This document shows, piece after piece, positions 18,425 to 26,364 of a DNA stretch of 27,145 bases; position 1 is the first letter of the stretch, and the number at the start of each line of letters is the position of its first letter. Source of the DNA: a virus (taxonomy: Duplodnaviria; Caudoviricetes); IMG/VR virus record IMGVR_UViG_3300006810_000304, positions 1 through 27,145 of that record. One strand, 5' to 3'. The notes beneath the pieces were generated by a model. The model worked only from the letters and a program-made list of their open reading frames with translations. It had not been told where the DNA came from and ran no database searches. A program made the translations under genes and the position numbers.

Positions 18425-18457
18425 CTTTAAACAAAAAATCAAAATTAGGGTTTAAAG
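18425..18457. promoter_or_regulatory. Back-to-back divergent GTTTAAAG motifs
   Basis: Minus copy 18425-18432 (21 nt to ATG 18403) and plus copy 18450-18457 (26 nt to ATG 18484). Confidence 0.65.
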
Positions 18458-18483
18458 AGAGTTACGTATATATCATTACAACC

Positions 18484-18825
18484 ATGCCATCTAGTAAAAT
18501 GTCTCGGCCCGGCGCTGAAGATGCCCAAGTAGACAGCTTTGATAGTTTTGATTTTGGCGAACCAGACGTAATCCCAGTAGAGATCTCCAAAGGTAAATTC
18601 CTCTATCTCAAAGAGCCCTGTGCTGAGGATCTAATCCACATTGCAGAAATCAACGACAACGAAAAGCTTGGGGAAATTGAAGCAACTCTACAAACAATCT
18701 GTGTTCTTCATCATCCAGAAGAGGGCGGAAAGAAGCTTTCTATGAAAGACGCTAAAAAGCTCACAGCTCGTCATCTAAAGAAAATTGGTGATGCACTCGC
18801 CACTCTGCTAGGCGGAGATGAGTGA
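18484..18825 (+). CDS. Putative tail assembly chaperone (Mu gp41 / P2 E-like)
   Basis: ATG at 18484 (MPSSKMSR) lies 26 nt after GTTTAAAG. LYLKEPCAEDL...KKLTARHLKKIGDAL resembles tail-chaperone patterns; gene is upstream of the sheath. Confidence 0.5.
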   Translation: MPSSKMSRPGAEDAQVDSFDSFDFGEPDVIPVEISKGKFLYLKEPCAEDLIHIAEINDNEKLGEIEATLQTICVLHHPEEGGKKLSMKDAKKLTARHLKKIGDALATLLGGDE

Positions 18826-19243
18826 CAAGTACTCTGTAGAGAGGAATTCTAATTACACTATCTCGATAAAAGATAGGACCGGTAAATCTTTATCATTTAG
18901 AGATATTACCGGCAATGACTTAGAATATTTAGAAAGGTATTTTGATAAAGAAGGGGCACTATCTGCAGATGACATTATTAATATTTTAGAACATATAAAT
19001 GTTTCTGGGGTTCCAATTAAAAGACTAACGCCAAGAGTTATCAAAGAGGTATTTGAAATAGTTGCTAAAGAAATTTTTTGCAACTTTATCCCAAAATTTA
19101 AGTGGTTGGAAATTTGTTATGCTCTTCAAAATAACTCATTTGTAGCTCTGGGGTTTTTTGAGTCTCAACCAATAACAAAGGTGATGGCGATGATTCAAGT
19201 ACATCAAAATGCAATCGCAGAAATGAAGAAACCTCAGAAATAA
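18818..19243 (+). CDS. Second tail-assembly-chaperone-like protein with C-terminal extension
   Basis: LSFRDITGNDLEYL...KRLTPRVIKEVFE parallels the preceding gene; 8-bp overlap. Confidence 0.4.
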   Translation: MSDKYSVERNSNYTISIKDRTGKSLSFRDITGNDLEYLERYFDKEGALSADDIINILEHINVSGVPIKRLTPRVIKEVFEIVAKEIFCNFIPKFKWLEICYALQNNSFVALGFFESQPITKVMAMIQVHQNAIAEMKKPQK

Positions 19244-19486
19244 ATGACCGACGAACTTCGCCTAAAACTAATTCTCATTCTTTGTTCAATTACCGCCAAA
19301 CAGGACCAAGTTAGGCTGAAAGAATTTGTTCAGGTGTGTTCGTATCACGTGACAGACACTGACTTTAATAAGATCATGAGAAAAGCTTTAAAGATCTTAG
19401 ATACACAAAAATGTGGCTCAGAGAGTTGCCCAGATTGGCTAATGAACAATTTATTCGATTTATACAAGAATAGTTCAGAAGATTAA
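19244..19486 (+). CDS. Hypothetical protein
   Basis: 80-aa ORF abutting the previous stop codon. Confidence 0.6.
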   Translation: MTDELRLKLILILCSITAKQDQVRLKEFVQVCSYHVTDTDFNKIMRKALKILDTQKCGSESCPDWLMNNLFDLYKNSSED

Positions 19487-19505
19487 AGCTTATAAATAGC
19501 TGTTT

Positions 19506-19513
19506 GTTTAAAG
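19506..19513 (+). promoter_or_regulatory. GTTTAAAG motif, putative late promoter of the sheath-head operon
   Basis: Intergenic, 39 nt upstream of ATG 19553. Confidence 0.65.
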
Positions 19514-19552
19514 GTCTTCTGAAAGGCCTCTTACTTTGTAAAGAACTATTTT

Positions 19553-22500
19553 ATGGCTAATCCTGTAAACATCAATGTAGGCGCTATTCAGCGCCCTGGA
19601 GTGTTTGTTACTCAGTCTTCGACTGGTGGATTACCTCAACCCCTAGCCTCTCATGCTATTGGTTATATCTTTGGATCTACTCCTGTAGACCCATATGATG
19701 AAAATCCCGTCGATGAGTATTCAGCTCTCCCTCCTTACCAACCTACACAGATTGGTTCGTTAGAGGATTTTGTTCAGAAAGCTGGTGGTGCTCCTACCGC
19801 CGGTAATAACCCACAATCAATGATCTCCTACGATTCCGTAAGAGCATTCTTTGAAAACGTGGGCGTGAACGGAATTCTGTACTATACTCGCGTAACACCT
19901 ACACCTGAAACTAAGGTTGTAGTAGATAAAGGAGCAGGTTGGAACCTGTTCTCAATCAAGATTGGCGACAGATACTTTGGAGATAAGTCACTCGGCATTA
20001 ATGATGCGGATGGCGTAGAAATCAGAGTAATTACAACCACCGCCCTTGATTCTAATGATAATGCTTTTGATATTGTAGGATATCTTAAGCAAGACGATCC
20101 TGACTTCAATACTTTCTACAGAATTGAGCAAGATGACGAAGAAGCCAAAAACGCCACCTTCAGAATCTACTCTAAGGACGTAAGAGTTATCCCAACTGTT
20201 CAGAGCTTCAAGGCATATCAGATTTCTGATACCGCTTATGCAACTCCAACAGATGCCGGTGAAGTAAGCCGTTATGTCCCAACCAAAGAACTCAACTTCC
20301 GTTGTGTTTCTAGAGACGTAACAACCCAAGAGCCCATTCTCTTTGTCTCTGGTGCTGCAATTGGTAACTTCTTAGAAGAAACCTCTGTTACAGCCAAGAC
20401 AAACGGAACTGCTTCATTCACAGCCTCTACCGGTGCCGTAGTAGTGGAAGATATTACCGATCTTTCGATTGGTACTGATGCTCTTGCCGCTGGTGATAAG
20501 GTCGTATTTGAAGGTATTGACCCAGGTCAAGTTGCTTATCCTGGAGCTGGTGAGCTTGCTGCTGGAAATATTTTCTACAGCACTGTTTACGAGGTCTTAA
20601 GTGTAGATGCTCCCAATAACTCCTTTATTCTTGACAACGGATCAGGTGCCGCTTTAACCTTCACTTCTGATGATCTTGCTTCGGTAATCAGAGTACGTAG
20701 ACTAGCTTATGATCCTTCGGTTCTTGCCGACAACCTCCAAGCTGTTGAAGATTTCCTTCTTGATCAGGAAACCTATGCAACTGCTGGTGACATTCCCGAC
20801 AACAAAATTGTAGCCGTTTCTACCGACGAAAGAGTTGGTAAAGATGACCACATTCGCTGGGCTGACTCATTTGCAGCTTACTATCAGTGGGATGCTTCTG
20901 GATCTGCTTTTACCGCCGGTGCTGATGGCTCTGGTCTAACTGCTGCTCCTCAAGGAACAATCACTTCTGTTGGTGGTAACGTAACCAGAACAGGATATGT
21001 ACCCGATAGCGTTCAGGTCTTCTACGTAAACGTTGCTGGTGAGAACAGAGTTGTTATTGCCAACGGCGCAACTCCTGCTGAACTTACCGAAAGCATCTCT
21101 ACTTCACTCAGAGAGATCCTCGAAGAGAAGAACCTCGATGCATATTACATCGTTGAGTCTGTTGAAGTTGATTATGAAACCGCTCTTGGAGTTGGTGGAT
21201 ATGCTCCTAACAACGGCGAAGCAATCGGAACAACTCTTGGAGTAACCGGTGCTCCTGCTCTCCGCCCATCTAGCGAAGGCAAGACCCTAACTGGAACTTC
21301 TGCAGTTACCTCTGGTAGCACAACCATTCAAGGCGCTACTTCCTCTCAAACTGGAACAATTGAGATCCAAGCCAATGGCTCACTTCTCGGTTCTAGCACT
21401 GAGTTCCTTAGCGTAATTGCTCCTGGATACAGAATCCTTGTTGGATCTGATACCTACGAGGTTGTAAGTGTTGCTTCTAACACTCAGGCAATCGTCCGTA
21501 ATCCTTCTGGAGCTACCGTAGCCTCTGGTACTTCATACAGCACAGTTGCTACTAAGTTCACCGAAGAGCTTTATGCCGGTTCACACGTTGTGATCAACGG
21601 CTACCGCTTTGAGGTCAGCAGCGTAACCAACGACGCAGCTTTCGTTGTTGATACCGCTCCTACCTTTACCGCAAGTTCAACTGTAGTCTATCTTGATAGC
21701 TCAATCAGCAATGGTTTCTATCGTCATGACTATGTTCTCAGAGTGAAGATCACTTCTAAGAACGGTATTCCTTCTCCTGTTGTTCCTGGCCTTAACCGCT
21801 ATGGTCAAAAGGATGCCAATATCGTCAGAATCAACTCACTCGATGAGGCAGCTGATTTTGCCAACTACAAGCTTTCTGCTAAGGCTCATTCACAAGACTT
21901 TGTCTATGCTATTGAGCAGGGTATGGGATCTGGTGATTATCGCCCTGGCTTCCTCTTTGCCCCTGAGGCATTTGGTGGATTTAAATCAGCAGTCGGTGGA
22001 TTAAGCAAGACTCAGGCCCGTGAATAAAGAGTAAAAGTTACTCAGGCGCTCCTCAGAGCCGCTGAAGGTAAGCTTGGTGAGGTTGAGGGTATCTCTGGTA
22101 CTCAACATATTGCTCTTATCGATTGCGGAGCTGATGAACTAAGTCTCAGCGAAGTACAAGATGAGTTAGCTTACATTAAGGGAATTGCTGGAGCTCCATT
22201 TGGCCACGCTGCCTTCTACGCTCCTTATATCAAGAACGCTGCTGATCGCTTTGTACCACCTAGTGGTTTCATTGCCGGTATTGCTTGTTCAAGATACGTA
22301 AACGAAGGATTCCAACAAGCCCCTGCTGGTGCAAGATATCCGCTAAGAGGAGCCAATGCCCTCCGCTTTGATATCACCGCTCAACAGCAAGAAGTAACAT
22401 ATCCTCTAGGCCTCAATCCAATTAGAAGCCTTCCTAACAGAGGTATTGTTGCATGGGGTGCTCGTACAACTAGCTCCAATGCTCTCTTCAAGTTTGTCAA

Positions 22501-22891
22501 CACTCGTGCGATCCTTAACGTACTCCTTGATGTTCTTGCAAGAAGCTTCGATGATATCCTCTTTGAGCAAATTGATTCGGCCGGTACACTCTACGCCAGA
22601 GCGAAGTCTATTGCCACTCAGGTAATGGGTCAACTCTATCGTCAGGGTGCGCTCTTTGGCGCAAGACCAGAACAAGCTTATCTAGTTGTTTGTTCTGATG
22701 CTAATAACGCTGTTAGTGATCTAGAAAACGGAACGCTTAGACTCGATGCTTATGTGGCCACATCGCCAACTCTTGAGCGTCTTGTTGTTACCGTTGTAAG
22801 AACACCTGCTGGTCAGGTTGCTCAGGTACAAGATACCTTCTCTAGAAACATTGACAGATTCGACTATCTTCTTAACGCAACTACAGTCTAA
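19553..22891 (+). CDS. Contractile tail sheath protein (~1112 aa) interrupted by one in-frame TAA at 22025-22027
   Basis: N-terminal RPGVFVTQ. Reading past the TAA gives RVKVTQALL...AAFYAPY...VPPSGFIAG...QAPAG...GLNPIR...GIVAWGART...FVNTRAI...LFEQ...GALFG, the conserved sheath C-terminal domains, in frame with track ORF 22625..22891. Confidence 0.92.
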
Positions 22892-22900
22892 TAATTGAAA

Positions 22901-24769
22901 ATGTCTGATAATCAGGAGCAAATTTTAAACGCTAAAGAGCCACTTTCTTCCCAACAACCCAAAAAGGTTGTGCACATCGAAATGTTCAGAGCTGGTCCTC
23001 AGATCAGCTCCTCTGGGCAGAAGATGATGTTTACGGAGAAAGATCTAGATCAGGTGGTCGGGACGTATTCTCCCGAGCAACATGAGGCCCCTCTGATTAT
23101 CGGGCATGATCAAACAGACTCTACGCCCGCGTTGGGATGGGTAAAAAATCTTTGGAGAAAAGGTAAAGCTTTATGGGGTAACGTTGAACTTACCCCTAAA
23201 GCCGAGAAACTGATTAAAGATGGAGTGTTCAAGAAAGTAAGTAGTTCTTTCTACTTACCAGATGCGGAAACAAATCCCCATCCTGGGAAATTGGCACTTC
23301 GCCATCTTGGTCTTGTTTCGATTCCCGCCGTAAAGGGTCTCACAGCTTTTTCCGAAGGTGAATTTAATGACGAAAAAATTATTAACCTAACTCCCGAACC
23401 GGGAGAAACCGTTATTTCGTTTAAAGAAGCCTTAGAAACAAACAACTCTACTATGACTAGAAAAAAGAAAACTACTGGCGAGGTTCAGGAGGTCTCAGTA
23501 GATCAGAGTGTTGATCATGCTGAAGGCGGAATGACCGTCAACATTAACATCGGAGGCGGCAAGCCTTCCGTATATGACGACTCTGGCAACCAGGTCGATG
23601 AAACTGGCGCTCCAGCCGATTATAAGATGGAGTATGCCTCTGACGAAGAAACCGAAGAAGAAATGGCTCCTGAAGCCGAAGCTGAAGCTCCTGAGGGCGA
23701 AGGTGAAGGCGATGACATGGGCCTAGAAGACGAAGGTGGCGAAGAAGAAGCCCCTGAAGCCTCCGCCGAAGGCGAAGAGGAAGAAGGTGGTGAGGAAGAG
23801 ATGGGATCCGAGGGAGAAGGCGAAGAGCCTGCTGGTGAGGATGGCGCGGACGATATTTCTGGAGAGATGGAAAATAACGACAAGAAAATTGCCTCTCTAG
23901 CAGCCGAGTACGAAGAAGACGAGCTCTTCCAAGCACTGGCTCTCAAGAAACAAGCAACCTCCATGATGGAGAATGATATGTCCTATGGCGAAATGCCCGA
24001 AGGACTTAAGAAGCACATGGAAGAGAAAGAAGGTAAGGGAGAAGACGAAGAAGAAGAGAAGAAAAAGGAAGCTGACATGGGCGAAGAGCAAGTAAGCGAT
24101 AACGCCGAAGAAGCTCCTGAAGAAGAGAAGGGAGAAGCCAAGGCTGATATGGCCGAGGACGAGGGCGAAAAGGAAGAAGAGGAAGAAGAGAAGAAAACTG
24201 ATATGGCCGAAGTGGTTAAAGAAGAAAAGAAAGAAGAGTCAGCCGACCACGCTGAAGAAGCTGCACCTGTGGCTACAGAATCTCTAGATCATAGCGAATC
24301 CGCTATTGGAGATCAGAGCATTGATACACTCAACGCTCGAGTAGCCGAATTGGAGGAAGAGCTGAACAGACAAAGAAAGCTTGCTCGCGAGAAAGAAATT
24401 TCTTCGTTTGCTGAAGGACTCTATGAGTCTGGTAAGCTCACTGAACAAGTTGTTCCTAAGGGAGACCTTGTTCGTTTCATGGAGACTCTTAACTATAAGA
24501 ACTCTGTTAATTTCTCTGAGACCGGTAAGGCTTCTCAATTCGACTTCATGCGTGGAGTACTTGAGTCCCTACCTTCCATGGTCTCCTTTGAAGAGTTTGC
24601 TACACCTGCTTCTGCTCCTAAGAAAGCAAAGTCGGTTGAGCCTAACGCTTCTGGATACGCATACGATCCAAACACTGCAGACGTTCACGCCGATGCTCTC
24701 TCATACGCTGAGGAGAATGACTGCGACTACTTAACTGCTGTTAAGTTTGTTATTGCTAACAAAAACTGA
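22901..24769 (+). CDS. Mu I-like prohead protease fused to a long acidic scaffold
   Basis: IEMFRAG, HEAPLIIGH, PALGWVKNL, FKKVSSSFY and LRHLGLVSIPAVKGL are Mu-like protease motifs, followed by a Glu-rich region and coiled coil. ATG at 22901 preferred over TTG at 22895. Confidence 0.88.
   Translation: MSDNQEQILNAKEPLSSQQPKKVVHIEMFRAGPQISSSGQKMMFTEKDLDQVVGTYSPEQHEAPLIIGHDQTDSTPALGWVKNLWRKGKALWGNVELTPKAEKLIKDGVFKKVSSSFYLPDAETNPHPGKLALRHLGLVSIPAVKGLTAFSEGEFNDEKIINLTPEPGETVISFKEALETNNSTMTRKKKTTGEVQEVSVDQSVDHAEGGMTVNINIGGGKPSVYDDSGNQVDETGAPADYKMEYASDEETEEEMAPEAEAEAPEGEGEGDDMGLEDEGGEEEAPEASAEGEEEEGGEEEMGSEGEGEEPAGEDGADDISGEMENNDKKIASLAAEYEEDELFQALALKKQATSMMENDMSYGEMPEGLKKHMEEKEGKGEDEEEEKKKEADMGEEQVSDNAEEAPEEEKGEAKADMAEDEGEKEEEEEEKKTDMAEVVKEEKKEESADHAEEAAPVATESLDHSESAIGDQSIDTLNARVAELEEELNRQRKLAREKEISSFAEGLYESGKLTEQVVPKGDLVRFMETLNYKNSVNFSETGKASQFDFMRGVLESLPSMVSFEEFATPASAPKKAKSVEPNASGYAYDPNTADVHADALSYAEENDCDYLTAVKFVIANKN
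23419..23426 (+). promoter_or_regulatory. Intragenic GTTTAAAG motif, putative promoter for scaffold-cement-capsid
   Basis: Inside the protease gene, 26 nt upstream of in-frame ATG 23453. Confidence 0.55.
23453..24769 (+). CDS. Putative nested in-frame scaffolding protein (internal start MTRKKK)
   Basis: ATG just after the protease domain, 26 nt downstream of an exact GTTTAAAG at 23419-23426; analogous to Mu I/Z and lambda C/Nu3. Confidence 0.6.
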   Translation: MTRKKKTTGEVQEVSVDQSVDHAEGGMTVNINIGGGKPSVYDDSGNQVDETGAPADYKMEYASDEETEEEMAPEAEAEAPEGEGEGDDMGLEDEGGEEEAPEASAEGEEEEGGEEEMGSEGEGEEPAGEDGADDISGEMENNDKKIASLAAEYEEDELFQALALKKQATSMMENDMSYGEMPEGLKKHMEEKEGKGEDEEEEKKKEADMGEEQVSDNAEEAPEEEKGEAKADMAEDEGEKEEEEEEKKTDMAEVVKEEKKEESADHAEEAAPVATESLDHSESAIGDQSIDTLNARVAELEEELNRQRKLAREKEISSFAEGLYESGKLTEQVVPKGDLVRFMETLNYKNSVNFSETGKASQFDFMRGVLESLPSMVSFEEFATPASAPKKAKSVEPNASGYAYDPNTADVHADALSYAEENDCDYLTAVKFVIANKN

Positions 24770-24780
24770 GGTAATTACTA

Positions 24781-25269
24781 ATGGCAACAGACCCCCGTTA
24801 TATGTCTTTTGACCATCAGTACGTCGAGACCGTGGAAACCAGTGCTTCAATCGCTGCCCACCGTTTCGTAACTCGTGCTGGTGCTTATGCTGGAGCCGGC
24901 GCTTATGCCGCTGGAGTCTCCATTTTTGATGCTCCTGGACAAGGTGAACTCACCGCCAAGGGCTACCAAGTTGATGATGGTTCTACTCTCATTTATGAGG
25001 GTCAGCTCAACCCATCGACCACACCTTCGAAGCCTGGAGTATTCCCCTATCAGGGTCTTCTTTCAGTTGTAACCGAAGGAATCGCTATTGTTGAAGTAGG
25101 TTCCGCAGCAACTTTTGCTGTTGATGATGCTGTAGTTGCTGGTGCCAACGGCGTTGCTGTTGCTGCTACTACTGGCGATCTTGTTCTCGGGCGCGCTCTT
25201 GACGCAGTTGGAACAGCTGGTGCTGGCCAATATATCCGAGTTAAGCTTGATCAAGCTGGCGCTGCTTGA
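24781..25269 (+). CDS. Capsid cement / decoration protein (DUF2190-like)
   Basis: Ala/Gly-rich 162-aa ORF between scaffold and capsid genes, VVTEGIAIVE...LGRALDA...GQYIRVKL; GAGG SD. Confidence 0.75.
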   Translation: MATDPRYMSFDHQYVETVETSASIAAHRFVTRAGAYAGAGAYAAGVSIFDAPGQGELTAKGYQVDDGSTLIYEGQLNPSTTPSKPGVFPYQGLLSVVTEGIAIVEVGSAATFAVDDAVVAGANGVAVAATTGDLVLGRALDAVGTAGAGQYIRVKLDQAGAA

Positions 25270-25295
25270 TAGATACTGAAGGAGAATAACTAATC

Positions 25296-26279
25296 ATGAT
25301 GAATTTAGATCAGGTTCGTGTAATCGACCCAATCCTGACCCAACTGGCTCAGGGCTATAAGAACGCTGAAGGCGTAGCTACATTCTTCGGTCCTGCGGTA
25401 TCTATGAATACTCGCGCCGGCCGTACATTGGTATTCGGTAAGGAGGCATTTGCATCGCAGTCCTTCCTCCGTGCTCCTGGAACTAACATCCAGAAGATTC
25501 AGAACGAATTCGGAACCCGTTCGTTCGCTCTCCGTCAGGAAGCGATCAGCTGGGAAATTGCCGAAGAAATCGCTGCTGAAGCCAAGAATGGTGCTGCTCA
25601 AATCGACCTTCGCCAATTCGCTGCTAAGGACGCTGCTAATCGTCTCATGCAGTCCTGGGAAATCCAGGTTGCCGATGCTGTAACCGCTTCGGCATCTTAT
25701 GAAGCTGGTAACGTATTCAACCTCGCCACTCGCGCAGGCGGTGCTGACCAGTTCAACCAAGCTACTTCTGACGTTGAGGTTCTAATCGACGAAGCTAAGG
25801 AAGCCGTTCGTTCACAGATCGGTGTCTATCCTAACAAGATGGTCATCTCTCCTGATGCTTTCAACGCCCTCAAGCGTAACAAGAGAATCCGTGACTTCAT
25901 GCAGCGCGGTGTGCTTGTTAACGAGGCTTCCCTCGCTAACATCTTTGGTCTTGACGAGATCCGTGTTGCACGTCGTCTTAAGCTCGGTTCTGATGGCCAG
26001 AGCCTTGAGAACATCTACGACAACGTAGCCGTTCTCTTCTACCAGCCTTCTGGTGCTACTGACGGTTTTGCTCCTGCTCTGGATGCCAACTATGGCAACC
26101 CTGCTTTTGCTTACACCTACACCCTCGCTGGTTATCCTATCGCCACTCCTGAGCGTTTCAACATCGAGCGCCGTGTATTCACCGGTGACATCCTTGTTGA
26201 GCGTAGCTTCGAGCTCGTTGGCATGGGTGAGAACGGTAAAGTTGGCGCTGGTGCCATCTTCACCAACGTAGTTGCCTGA
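25296..26279 (+). CDS. Major capsid protein (HK97 fold)
   Basis: 327 aa, RVIDPILTQLAQGYKN and GVYPNKMVISPDAFNALKRN motifs, strong GAAGGAG SD, strongly biased codons, canonical position, followed by a terminator. Confidence 0.88.
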   Translation: MMNLDQVRVIDPILTQLAQGYKNAEGVATFFGPAVSMNTRAGRTLVFGKEAFASQSFLRAPGTNIQKIQNEFGTRSFALRQEAISWEIAEEIAAEAKNGAAQIDLRQFAAKDAANRLMQSWEIQVADAVTASASYEAGNVFNLATRAGGADQFNQATSDVEVLIDEAKEAVRSQIGVYPNKMVISPDAFNALKRNKRIRDFMQRGVLVNEASLANIFGLDEIRVARRLKLGSDGQSLENIYDNVAVLFYQPSGATDGFAPALDANYGNPAFAYTYTLAGYPIATPERFNIERRVFTGDILVERSFELVGMGENGKVGAGAIFTNVVA

Positions 26280-26307
26280 TAATCTATATCACAACTAACC
26301 CAAAACA

Positions 26308-26333
26308 GGCTGGCCTTCGGGTCAGCCCTTTTT
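26308..26333 (+). terminator. Rho-independent terminator after the major capsid gene
   Basis: GGCTGGCC-TTCG-GGTCAGCC stem with a cUUCGg tetraloop, followed by CTTTTT. Confidence 0.88.
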
Positions 26334-26341
26334 GTTTAAAG
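26334..26341 (+). promoter_or_regulatory. GTTTAAAG motif, putative late promoter of the gp36-like gene
   Basis: Directly after the terminator T-tract, 23 nt upstream of ATG 26365. Confidence 0.65.
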
Positions 26342-26364
26342 TAAATGAGAAGAAGTTATAGTCT

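Noticed and set aside
18331-18483. N-terminal extension of track ORF 18331..18825
   Set aside because: It overlaps the opposite-strand gene and the divergent promoter pair; ATG 18484 fits much better.
22625-22891. Stand-alone 88-aa gene
   Set aside because: It is the in-frame C-terminal end of the tail sheath.
23544-26271. Alternative-frame and antisense ORFs over scaffold, cement and capsid genes
   Set aside because: Explained by strong codon bias and low complexity; no RBS or protein-like features.
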